Of a DNA stretch of 64,000 nt, positions 1-12,377 are shown one piece after another. The stretch covers positions 8,712,483 to 8,776,482 of the forward strand of contig SMSO01000032.1 of assembly GCA_004764695.1 (NCBI GenBank), read 5' to 3'. The notes beneath the pieces were generated by a model. The model was not told the DNA's origin, did not search any database, and saw only the letters and a program-made list of their open reading frames with translations. The position numbers and the translations under genes were made by a program. Origin of the DNA: Schizochytrium sp. TIO01. Lineage: Eukaryota; Protista; Bigyra: Labyrinthulomycetes. The stretch's first letter is position 1. Every line of letters starts with the position of its first letter.

Positions 1-1455
1 GTGAAAATTGTCACTTAGATCTACCTATACATATTCAAGCCCGACCTTTCAGTGTAGATAGCCTATTAGCTGAAGCAATTTCATTATTTGGAGCGTGGAG
101 GTATGTGTGTAAAATCGTTGCATTTCCTTTGAAAGATAGGTGGAGGCAATTCTAAGGTGTTTCTTGTTTCACTGGCCTGTTGTACGACTAGCCGTGGCAG
201 CAATCGACTCTGCGTTGGTCCTGTTAGGCCTATTTCTATGCGAAAGTACCGATTTTGAAGATGGGATACATTTGATGGGAACTTTCAAGCGCGAGCGAGG
301 AGTAGGCAGGCATCTGAAGCCTTTTCAGTGGGAGATTACAGCACAGTTTAGATTCCTCTTTAATTGTCGGCGTCACGCCTCCGATTGCGTACACGGTGTC
401 GAAAACATGGCATTGATCTAGCCTTGAAACAAAGATTGCGCACAGTGAATGAATGTCTAATGTTCGCTTCCAGATATATTAATCAGCAAAAGTCAAGTGA
501 GATGAAGGGTTGATTTAACGGGAAATTTACAACCATGCAAAGTCACTTCCTACTCAGTAGCATACCCGAAGATCAATTAAAAAAACGTTTTAACCTACTG
601 TTACAAATACAGCCTTCATTGCCATTCGTTGTCTTCCCCTCTAAGCTCTACAGCTTAAGCTTTCCAAAGTGCTAACTTTGGAAAATTGCCATGCGTTGGA
701 TAGACGTTCTGTTCTCCCATCCATAGGTTCCCTTCGCCTTTCGTGATTTTATTGTTGTTTGATTATTTGCGACACAGCAAGAAAAGGAAAACCAATAAAG
801 CGGGAAAGCTTACTTGGGCCCTACTCGCAGCTAGGTACGTAGTAGGGGCCATTGTAAGCATTGAAACGGTGACAACTATAACGAGGCGGTTTTAGCCGCT
901 GCCTTACGCGCATGCTCTCGCATCACCGTAAGAAATCGACGGGATTCAGTCGCAGAAAAGGGCCTCAAAGTTCCTCCCAAACTTGCGCCAGGCCTCGACG
1001 GCGCGGCGGGGATACCTGCCATCCTTGGTGAGCTCATCGCAATGATCGAGCGACACTCTGAAATTACAAAAAATCGCCTCATCGGCTGTGCACAGATACT
1101 AAGACATACGCGATATACAATATACTAATACTACCTATGTCTACGTAGTGCAATAGATCAATGTTCTGCGATGCGCCGAATCAAAGGCAGAATATGAGTG
1201 ACTCAGAAGAAGATGAAAAGAACCGCTGTGCCGGAGGATGAGCTAATTAGCAGCATCTGTTCTACAGCACAATTGTAATGATGGCGAGATTGATTGATTA
1301 ATTGGTTCATCGATATATTTGAATGGTGCGCTCTCGCTCTCAATGAGCTCAAGTTTTTCTCAGCAACGTCAAGTTTCTGCAGTTTTTAACGGGTCAGCAT
1401 TGGTTGTTCATTTCTATGAACAGGTCAAACTTACATTCATCCTTTAACATTGCTA

Positions 1456-1456
1456 A

Positions 1457-1519
<63 letters not shown>
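1456..1519. repeat. (AAAG)n microsatellite grading into (AG)n
   Basis: Directly visible tandem repeat. Confidence 0.95.
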
Positions 1520-1520
<1 letters not shown>

Positions 1521-2119
1521 CCTATTTTAATATGGAAAGCTTTGATCTTTTGAAATTATTACTTTAACTTTAAAAAAGTTCGCACACAAAATAGGTTTGT
1601 CTGTTTTTCACCGTCGTAATTCTATTTTCTGGGGCTGACAGTGGCGGTATACATGCAAATGGGAGCGCCCGCTCTTCGCAGGGCTTCCAGACGGAGGCGA
1701 AACGGCGGCCTCCGATCTCTCGTTTGAGTCGCGAGGCGCGCTCGAGGCTAGTCAAAACTCCGCGGCGATTATCCCGGCACCGCCTTTCCTGTTGTCTGCG
1801 ACCGAGCTCAGCGAAACGAAGGGCTCGAAGTCATGTTTGCGGCGGTTTAACTTTCCAACGTGGCATGACTCTGCTTAATATTTGGTATTTGTTTTTGTAA
1901 ATTTAATGTTTATTTTAAATTAGATGTAAACTTTTGTAAATATAGACACAGGTTAGCTGAGAATTATAAATGAAGTGATATGTAAATAAACTCGTACACC
2001 GAAAGAATCAATTTTGTGCTTATTATATATATGTACGAGGAAGTAGACTCGAGAAGCAGCTATTGCCCTGCATGCGAGGTGGCATGGTCGAGGGAAAGAC
2101 CCCGAAGACAAAGAAGATG

Positions 2120-2120
<1 letters not shown>

Positions 2121-2196
<76 letters not shown>
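2121..2196. repeat. (TTGA)19 microsatellite
   Basis: Directly visible; explains the spurious SINQ-repeat ORFs. Confidence 0.95.
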
Positions 2197-2197
<1 letters not shown>

Positions 2198-2354
2198 AAG
2201 GAGAGGTTCAAGATATGAATGCAACGGCACAGAACCTGGTTGATTTATTTGTTGGTATGCCGCTCCTCTCCTCATAGACCGAAGATACCTCAAGGTCGAG
2301 ACACTCGAGGATCGGATCAAATCAATCCTGATGCCCATGGCTGGCCTGAAAGCG

Positions 2355-2355
<1 letters not shown>

Positions 2356-2400
<45 letters not shown>
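2356..2400. repeat. (GCAA)n microsatellite
   Basis: Directly visible. Confidence 0.95.
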
Positions 2401-2401
<1 letters not shown>

Positions 2402-3462
2402 CCGAATCTTCAGAACTCCATCGTAGCACGGCCAATTGGAAATCATGGCGCAGTTAACTTTTGTTACCTGTGCTCTTCGTTTCGCAGAAATGATTTATTC
2501 AACTCATTGAGTCATCATCCTTGAAAAGCACCAAAACCACCAAGACTTCTGATGGAGCGATCGAAGGAATTCGTTTGCCGATGTGGAGATTTTCTCTCTT
2601 GAAATCAAGATCCCCAAAGCCATCGAAGATACATATTATATATATATTTATATTTATATATGATATCTTGGTCGTGACCGGCATCGTCAAATCGAATTGT
2701 GCGTTCCTGGATGTGATTCATTGAAGAATCGTAGTATATCCTAATGAAAGCGCGTTCCTATTTCTGCCTATTTCTGCAACTCGTTCGACCAATGATGCGC
2801 TCTTCTCGCTTGTTCTCGTTCTTCAGGGCGGGTGTTCTTTCTTGCGTTCCCTATGGAGTTGAATTGAGTTCTTTCTTTGCCCACTGGCACCTCGTGAAAT
2901 GATTTAAGAAATAGTGGTAGAAGCAGCTCTTTGTTTGTTTCCCTCAAAGGGTCGCAGCGACTGACACCGCTTAAGGAAATATTCCCGCCCCCCTCTTAAT
3001 CTTTGGCCGACCTGTGAAACCTTCGTACCTCCATACTACTGCTGCTGCTGCTGCATTTTCAATCGATTCCTCGGCTCAAGATTTTCTCTCCTGCGGCGCC
3101 AAATCAAATATTCTTTTCTTTCTATTTTTTAAAGTAAGAAAGTAAAAAGAGTGTTCTCTCCAGAAGAGGAAGAATTGGAAAGGAGGGGGAAAAAAGGGGA
3201 GGAACCCAAACACTGAAGAAGACGCGAGAAAACCTTCTTTTTCTTTTCTCTTTTGTAGGTAGCTACTGACTTGATGCAACAGCAGTAGCAGCAGCAATCA
3301 GCGCACAAGCAGAGGAAGGAAGGAGGAAGGAAGGCACCGTGCTGCAGCTCGAGCAGGCAGTGCTGCTGCTCCATTGGCCTTTCACACAAGTTTGTTTAAG
3401 CGCCGCGCAGTCGGCTTTGGAGGAGCGGGCGGCTCATGGCGCATCGTAGGCGCCGCCTCATC

Positions 3463-3505
3463 GACGAAGACGACGACGACGACGACGACGACGACGAAGA
3501 CGACG
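3463..3505. repeat. (GAC)n trinucleotide microsatellite
   Basis: Directly visible, with two GAA interruptions. Confidence 0.9.
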
Positions 3506-4973
3506 GAGTTCCGAAATCCGTGGCGATTGGTGTGGGTTGGCGTCCGTCCGTTTTGAAGGAGTGACCAGTAGGTGGGTTAGCCAGCTAGCGCCTCCTGGAT
3601 ACTCCTCGAGCGGGGATCCCCTTGTGGGGCCCCGCACCTCCACAGCGTGAGTGCTGTGGTGGCCAGAGATAAGACTTTCCGAGTGCGCGGGGGCTGGTGG
3701 GCGATGTTGCTTCTAGTAATTGTGAAGGGCGGAGGCATTCATTAAATTTAATTAATTAATTATTTATTTATTTATTTGTTTGTTGTCAAAGGTGCACACA
3801 TGAGAGTTATGGGCCTTGGGCTAGTTCTGCTGGCCTCTATCGAAGACAAAGATGGCTCTTCAAGGCGCTCGCGCCCTTCGCAGTCTCCGTCTGCGACGCT
3901 TGAAGAGCCCCTTCGAACCGCCGTCTGATAGCTAAGTCTCCAAGTCTCCAGGCTCCTCGGAGTAAGAGCAGAAGGTACCTCGATATCGGGCACAACAGCT
4001 AGCTCAAAACCGCAGAGAAAGCTCCGTTATTACGCAGAACCTGTCGTTGTACCTAACTGGGTACTTTTCTCTTGAAAATGAATAGATTGGTGAGCGTCTT
4101 GGGACCTCAACTGTGTTGGAAACAGCTGCTTGGCCGGCCAAAGAAACAGAGGTATTGGCAAAGGGAGTCTTCAGCAACGCATTAAGTAGGTGGGCGTGTA
4201 CATCCCGAGGGACCGGGACATGTAACACGAGGCAGACTAAATCCAATCCACTCTTTACCTGGTTTTAAAACTTTCGTATACTCACACAATACTTTTTATT
4301 CAAATAAAATAAAAGCTTTAATATATGTATTTAGCTAAACAACAAAACAAAAACTCATACATACATACTTTCTTTCCTTTTCTTTTCTTTTCTTTTTGAT
4401 AATAATAATAATAATAAAACAAGAAATTGAAAAGAAAAAAAAGGAAAACGAGGAAAAGAATTTTTACAAAACCCCAATGAAAATCATATATAAGAAGGTA
4501 AAGCATTAGCAGCCTCGAGAAGTTCAAGCTGCCTTAGTATCTCTAGCTAGTTTCTGAGCGGCAACAGCTGCCTGAGTCTGCTCGCTCACAGTCTCTCCTG
4601 GAGCTTGGCGAGAGCTTCTAGAGGCCTCTCATGACGAAGCTGGAGAAGGCCTGCTAGGGAGAATAGGAGAATAGGGGCCGAAGCAGGCAGGCAGCCAGCC
4701 AGCCAGCAGGTTAGTTAGTTTTAGTTGGTTGGTTGGTTAGTTAGTTATGAAGGATCGAACTCGAGTGAAGTTAGTTGGTTTCAAAGTTGTTTTTAGCGTG
4801 TTTTTTCTTCTACAGTAGTTTCCGTACGAAAGGGGAAAAGAAGAAAGCCTTTATTTTAAAAGGAGGGAAGTAAGCATAGCCGCCTCGAGAAGAGCGGAGT
4901 CGCGGGACTCGATCGTCCAAATTAGTGGTTGCACAACCACTCACTTCAGGCGACGTCTCTTCTGTTGGTGTTG

Positions 4974-5108
4974 GTTTGTTTGTTTGTTTGTTTGTTTGTT
5001 TGTTTGTTTGTTTGTTTGTTTGTTTGTTTGTTTGTTTGTTTGTTTGTTTGTTTGTTTGTTTGTTTGTTTGTTTGTTTGTTTGTTTGTTTGTTTGTTTGTT
5101 TGTTTGTT
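4974..5108. repeat. (GTTT)n microsatellite
   Basis: Directly visible. Confidence 0.95.
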
Positions 5109-6144
5109 CGCTTTCGTTGCACGTTGCTACACCTGATTACCACTTCAGGTACCGCTGACTTGGCCTCAAGTACAACTGCGATGTATCACTCACTAGGAAA
5201 GATGAAGACCTCAAATGACTTTTTATTGCAAAAGGGATGGTAGCTATGTCTTAGCTGGCCAGCTAGAAAGGAAGAATGAATGAAAGAATGAATTGATGAG
5301 AGAGTGAGAGAGAGACAGATAGTGGAAGAATGGCGCTCTTCTTTGATAGTCAGTTAATTGCGAGTGCTTGAGGGTTAGAACTCTGTCCGTCAGTGCCTAG
5401 GCGCGCGCCTGCTCTTGACTTTAGTTTTCGATCATCTGAAGGAAAGATTTTGAGGGACTTGAAGAAACATTGGCTGTGAACTTCATGTCACGCCAATGCC
5501 ATTTCATCAAATGTTCTTTGCAAACTCGAATAAATTCAATCAAAAAAGATGATTTTCAAATGCTCAAGGCCCTATAGGTGCTACACAGTGTTTGACCCTG
5601 ACTGTTTAAAATCTTATTCTGCTCGGCCACGACAAGCCTTCGAGTTCCTTTCATATCCTTTCTTGGGCAAAGCTCTTTCTAAGTTGCAGGTTATCACAAT
5701 TACAGCACTGAGAAATCAGCTCAGCTTTCAGAAGGGGTGGGGACAGCCTTCCTCCTTCCGCAGGTCCGTTCGTTTGGCAAGCAAGTAATTGGCGGGTTTT
5801 CAGCGCTTAGCACAGATGCGGGTGGCCTGGATATTAATTACGTTTCCGAATGGAGCCGTGGCCTGGATATTAAAAAGGTCGAAATACCCAAGACTGCCAG
5901 CGTTGCTTTCAAAATGCCCTTTCCAAAAGACTCGAGGACAAGCAGTTGAGCGAAGAAGTTCTACGATCCCCGTTTGCATCACTTTGACACCCCCTTATTT
6001 CCATTTCTTATTCCCTTGTAAATGACTTACTTACAAACAAACGAATTACTGTGAGAACTGCGTACTCTCAGTCTCTTCTGTTAGGTGCAGTGTAGAAGGA
6101 CAAGAAGAATTACGCTTCGTGGCATTGTAACACCTCACCGTCGA

Positions 6145-6252
6145 CCTGAAGATTGAAGATTAAATGTTGGAGATTGAAGATTACATATTGAAGATTAAAT
6201 ATCAAATATTGGAGATTAAATATTGAAGATTGAAGATTGGATATTGAAGATT
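6145..6252. repeat. Degenerate minisatellite built from TTGAAGA/TTGGAGA and TTAAATA units
   Basis: Repeated gaagatt, ggagatt and aaatatt units. Confidence 0.8.
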
Positions 6253-8388
6253 CATTCTCGAGGATCAAATATGCATTTGCTCAGGCACAACGTGCGACGA
6301 ATAGCTTTTCTGTACGCATGCTCCTTTACGGTGGTGTCGATTGCGTCGCATTGCGAATGGCTTTGACGAAGCATTCGCGGCGTCGACTTTAATCGCAGCC
6401 TAACCTACATCCTCGCGTCCTTACATGCTTGCATGCATACTTATCTCTGTAAATTGCCTCGTGATGCTGTCTGTCCTTTCGCTGGCTTGCCGCCTCAAAA
6501 CCTGCTCATCGCAGACGGCGCATTCGCTGTGGCTGTCGCAGAAACGGCGCTTGGGTTGGCTTCTTCGCTCCGCAGCGATAATGTATCTGATATCCACACG
6601 TAGCTGGAGGGCATGGGCGACTAATTCTAAGGCTGCATCCATTCGCATTTCCTGTTTTGACTTCTCTCTCCTCTCCACTGTTGCTGTGTAGAGGAAAGGT
6701 GTGTGAGGATGGTTCGCGACGCCCGAATGGTGTTGGAGGTGTTGCGTAAAGTCAAAGTCTCCTCACAGCTGCTGTTTATTTATTTATTGGTTGCTTTATT
6801 GGTTGATTTATTTGCTCATGTATTTATTTATTTATATATTTATTTATATTTATTTATATATTTATTTATATATTTATTCGAAAGGGGTTGTCGCCCACGG
6901 AGGGTCGGCAAAGCTTCGAGGGAGCGAAGAAGAGGGACTCGCCTTGAATAAACTTGAGCCGGTCGTATGATTCATGCAGCTGCTGCCTAGCTAGAGGCAG
7001 CGGCGGGTTTAGAGGGCCGAGAGGAGAATCGAGTTAAAGAATAATAACCGGGCGACTCGTTATGGACTTAACGAGATTGATTGCGGAGGAGCACGAGGTA
7101 GGTAGCAGTAGGGTTTCGATCCGGCCCGGAGTTAGGTAGGTAGGTAGGTAGATCCTACGGCCGCGAGAGAGAGAGAGAGAGAGAGAGCTCTCGAGCGGAG
7201 TTAATAGTAATAATGATTGTTGTTTTGTTTTATTAGAAATAATTTTGTTGGTTAGAAAAAGATAAAGTAAAAGAACACCGAAGGAATAGTTTGAGCCTGC
7301 TTTTCATGCATCGCTCTGTGCGTTCTTCAGGTTTGAGGCCTGAAGTAAATCTCTGCATGTTCGTTTAGACAAGCTTAGTCGATCTATCGATCCTGCGGCT
7401 CCAGCAAGAAATTCCTCGCAAAATAATATTCTCCTAAGAAGACTCAGCCTGCGTGGGGTTATTATGGTAAACACGGTGGCTGACTTGACTGACCACACTC
7501 GGGCTGCGGTTCCGTCGCTCTTTCGTGCTGTTTGCCTTAGCACTTGAAAGAAAATACAAATAGTCCTTTTAAAAAGATCTACGAGAACTACACCACCTTT
7601 GATTGTGTGCCTGATTGTCTGTTTGACTATTTTTCGGTTTGTTTCAACTTCAAGTTGTTTCGAGCTGTCCGCAGTACTCCTATTGATTTATCATGTAAAA
7701 CTGTTGCAGAATGCTTTTTTGCTTTCCAGCCCAGCTTGGTTCGTTAGTTTTGCAAAGTCATACATTAGAAACAAAACAGTAATCTCAACCAGTGAAAACA
7801 TATTTTAAAGTTTTGTTAGTTTTTTTGTTTTTTTAAATATGTGTTTATAAATAAATAAATTCAAAATCAAAATCAAATAATATGACATCACATGACATGA
7901 CATGACATAGTACCTTCTCCGTTCAACTCTAGAGAAGTTCTAAAGGAGGACTTGGATCATGATAAATGGACTCTCTTCTGGCAGAACGAGAGAGATGTCG
8001 GTCCATGGGTCTGCCATCATGCAGCGAAAAGGTTTCTCTTGGTCTACTCCCGATGAAGACGCTAATGGATTGCATGTATGCAAGTCACTGAAGGAGAGGC
8101 AGGTCCTGTCCTCCAAGTTTCCGCAGAACGAAAATGCCGTCACGAAGAAACAGCAGTATTCAGCTTCTGCACAGCAGCTAACACAGTTAGTGTGGTGCAT
8201 GCGGGATATAGTAGGTGTTGCAACACCTTCCCGCACGCTCAGCTTCCGTTTCCAAGAATACCTGCGGCCCAAACTCGACATACAAACGCAAAACCGACGC
8301 GCAGCCTCTCTCAGGGAACGTGACCAGGGGAAGCACACCACCTATGACACAAATAACATCATAAATTTATGAAGTAGAAAGAACGCGC

Positions 8389-8511
8389 AAAACAAGCAAA
8401 CAAACAAACAAACAAACAAACAAACAAACAAACAAACAAACAAACAAACAAACAAACAAACAAACAAACAAACAAACAAACAAACAAACAAACAAACAAA
8501 CAAACAAACAA
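8389..8511. repeat. (AAAC)n microsatellite
   Basis: Directly visible. Confidence 0.95.
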
Positions 8512-9164
8512 GCAATACTTTAGGACGGCCAGTGTAAGCCTGACTTGGATCGATCACACGTGAGACTGAGATCGATCGCGTTCTTCTTCACGGGGAATTG
8601 AGCAAACAGCTGAGGGGGCAAGAGCTCCTTTTTCCAAATGAAAAGATAACTATCTCCAAGACATCCTGCGATAGTCCATTGCTTGCTGGCCTGCCTATTA
8701 ATCATTAGCCTTCCTGCTTGCTGGCGATAGCTAGCCATTACGCGATGATGACACGATGATGACACGATGATGACACGATGATGAGACGATGATCGTGATT
8801 CGTGAGGCTGGTGACTCAGAATCTTGGAGCGCGAGGGCTGATTAGTTCAATCAACATCCTCAGCGATGTAGGATAGCAGCAGGGGAAACTAACGAACAGA
8901 TAAAAGCGGGGGTCGCAATCGCGAGAATTGAAACTTGGAGGATCCTGTAGAATTGAAAACTGTTGTAAAAAACAAAGTAAAGATTTTTTTATTTTACTTT
9001 TAAAATTCTTATTCTTATTCTTGAAAGCCTTTTTAAATTGTAAAATAAAATGTAATTCAACAACTTCTGTAATAATAATAAATAAAAAGGCTAACCGCAT
9101 ATAAAAAGAAGCTTTTCGATCTTCGATAACAGATTTGGTCGCCTCTTCTCCTCAGTCCGCTGCG

Positions 9165-9550
9165 CGAATGAATAAATAAATAAATAAACAAATAAATGAA
9201 TGAATGAATGAATGAATGAATGAATGAATGAATGAATGAATGAATGAATGAATGAATGAATGAATGAATGAATGAATGAATGAATGAATGAATGAATGAA
9301 TGAATGAATAAATGAATGAATGAATGAATAAATGAATGAATGAATGAATGAATGAATGAATGAATGAATGAATGAATGAATGAATGAATGAATGAATGAA
9401 TGAATGAATGAATGAATGAATGAATGAATGAATGAATGAATGAATGAATGAATGAATGAATGAATGAATGAATGAATGAATGAATGAATGAATGAATGAA
9501 TGAACGAATGAATGAATGAATGAACGAACGAATGAATGCATGCATGCATG
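9165..9550. repeat. Long (GAAT)n microsatellite with AAAT/GAAC variants, ending in (GCAT)n
   Basis: Directly visible; explains the HSFI-repeat ORFs. Confidence 0.95.
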
Positions 9551-10989
9551 CGAACAAGAAATAAATACATGAATAAACACATAAACAAATAAACCAAAGG
9601 CCCTCAAAGTCAGCGAGGCACGCAGAAAGAAGAAGCCCACTGTTTCCGCCTTCTTTCGAAGGATAGATATCATGATGTTCGAAGAAGCCCCTGACATGTG
9701 CCTTCTACCAGCACCTTCGCAGCCACCTCGGGAACCCGAAGGCCACTAAGAAGGAAGGTGCCACCGCGACCTTTATTTGCAGGGATTTGAGGAAATGAAC
9801 GCCAGCGGCTGTTATTAGCTCTATGTATGATTTCAATAGTTTCTTTCATGCACCTTGGAGGATACACGGGACCTGCGGGTTCCTCGTCCTACGAGAAGGC
9901 GGAGCGCTGTATTGGTTGACGGAGCGAGCGATTGAGAGCTTGGCTCGTGAATAGACAGCCAGCCGCACAAACATGAGGCCGTGTCGCATTCTTTTAAGCG
10001 CCGCTTGAAAAGCGTGAACAATGGGTTCAGACTTCTCGACAGTGAGCGAGATTTTTTTGGAATCATCGTTAGAGCAAAGGAAGTTATTGGTTTTGTTTGT
10101 TCTTCTGCTGTGGCCTTTTCTGTTTCCTCTTTTTGAGTATGTTTATAAGATTTTATTTTAAAGTATTACTATGCTTGACCTATTCGAAATTGAGGGACCA
10201 GGAAACGGCCGTCTGTTCATTCCACTCTTTGATTGGTTGGATCCCAGTCAGCTTTAGGAATGGCAAAAGGTTCGTATTTCGAGATGACATCGTGTTCATA
10301 CTCCAATGACCTAGAATAGAGCCTTTCACCTAATTCAACCTAGCAGTCTCGATATTCTTGAGATGAACCTGAAGCATAGATTGGAGCTACGCCAATTGCG
10401 TGCAACATCGCTTGCAGGGAAATGCGAGACCACGGTCCATGTGGAATCGCTATCTCACCAAGCTTATAAATGCGGCGTTTATAATCGAGAGTAAATTTAA
10501 CAGGCACTCGAGAATCCTGGCTCTTTTCAAGTACGTGCCAAAAACGCATTGTCTGCATGCATGCAAACATCATCCCCGTTGGTATTGGACATCCTATACA
10601 CCTTCACACGCTTGCTCTATCTATTTAGGTATCTAATCTCTTTGACTACTTGTGTCTCGTCTGAGTTTCAGGTTTGCCTGAGTATTAAAACTAAATGATA
10701 AATAACTCACTCGTCGCAGTGTTCCATAATAAAATGATTCGTTCTATCGGGTTACGAAGGCCCATCATGGAACGATCGGTGAACGATTCAGGAACATTCC
10801 AAATTTATATCTTTCGTACTGCCATGGTTGTAGTGAACATTAATCTAACGATCCATAGACGATAGACACATGGATACGACTCCTAATTTTAAAAATATAG
10901 TGTGCACAAACAAATAAATAGCATACACTGCAATTGAGCAAGGAAACCCGAAATACGTCTCACTCAAATTCTTGGGTGGTAACATCACT

Positions 10990-12318
10990 ATGGCGGGTGA
11001 GTTCGATGCTGCTTGTCTTCGCCTCGTCAACGCGGACGCCGCGAACATCTCCTTTGCGAACAATAGTCACAACGATGTGATGCTTACTAGGAAGGCGAGC
11101 CCGCAGCTTCTTGGTCGCTTGACTCCTGAGCAGCTTAGAGCCATGTGCCAAACAATCGATGACTACCTGCAAGCTACGCCAAATATGCCCGATACCCAAC
11201 GGGAATTGGCCCTAACGGTTAAGGATAGATTTACAGGTCGCATTACATCAAATGTGCCTCTCGTATACATGCTTTCCAATCGCATGTATCAGTTAGCACT
11301 CCACGGTGGTCCAAACATAATCCGCCCCATGACAACTTACACATCACCAGGGGCCGTTGTGCCTTCTCAAGTTCTTCATTGGATCAACTTTCGTGTTGAA
11401 ATAAAACACGCAGTTACTATGACTCAAATTACAAACCAAGGCATCACCACTGCTGCTGATTGGAATTTCAAAGCGCGTCAATTTGACTCGAGCTGCACGG
11501 AAACACAAGCTGATAGTTTTTTTGGAAATCATTCTGGTTTGAATTTGCTCACAAGAGTAGCTCTCCCGAATTATTGGACTAATGAGTTGAATAACCCGAA
11601 TGCCATGTTTACGATTCAACATCGACCCCACACAAACACCCTGCTCGATGCAGACTACCAGGTATCCTTGGATGGAGAGGTTCTTGTTGTATTCGAGATC
11701 AAGGCTCCCGATGGCATACAGTCCCGATATATGCGTCGCTCAAACAATACTCACGGAAACTTAGTCCGGGGGTACTACGGTAGCAACTACAATGAAACTG
11801 TTTCCGCAAATCCCGATCTGAATGTTCCTGTGAACTTGACTGCAGCACAGGTTAATACTCCACCCAATAAGGCTAACGTTGATCTTCAAAATCCTCGGGG
11901 GAAAGATTACATTCGAGAAAGTGTATACCAAATTTGTGGTTACATGGTTGCATATGAACTCAAATATGCCGTTCTATCAACCAGTGAAGTGACTTGGTTG
12001 TTAAAGATGGACGAAAATGGTCGCATGTTTGTGAGTCCCGGCCTGAAAGGTTCCGGCGCTGGTCGTTCAAGAGATTCCCCAACAGCGTTGCTCATGAGCT
12101 TTTTAACCCATGTTGCTAAAGAGGCTGAAGCAGGAAACAGTGGACATCGTTTGGCGATTAGAGACAACACGAGATTCTGCGATTTTCTCGACCAATACTG
12201 GACAGCCAATCCTAATGGCAGAGACGCTATTGACACTCAAATGAATAAAATAGATATTGTTCAGGAGATGAAGAACACGTGGCTTATGATTCAACAGGCC
12301 CAACAGCAAGCCGCCGCC

Positions 12319-12377
<59 letters not shown>

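Noticed and set aside
661-684. 9-bp inverted repeat TTTCCAAAG/CTTTGGAAA as a terminator
   Set aside because: Isolated small hairpin with no associated gene; rho-independent terminators are not expected in a eukaryotic nucleus
2023-2524. ORFs with SINQ/ASKQ/LLAC repeats (also the LFVC, TNKQ and HSFI ORFs at 4925-5243, 8342-8557, 9057-9697, 16106-16578)
   Set aside because: Translations of stop-free microsatellites, not proteins
5822-6252. Repeat-spacer-like patterns as a CRISPR array
   Set aside because: Only two repeat copies or degenerate minisatellite units, no cas genes, eukaryotic context
10340-10636. Short ORFs upstream of the nuclease-kinase gene as a partner/antitoxin
   Set aside because: Under 80 aa, non-ATG starts in the ORF track and no recognisable similarity; cannot be supported
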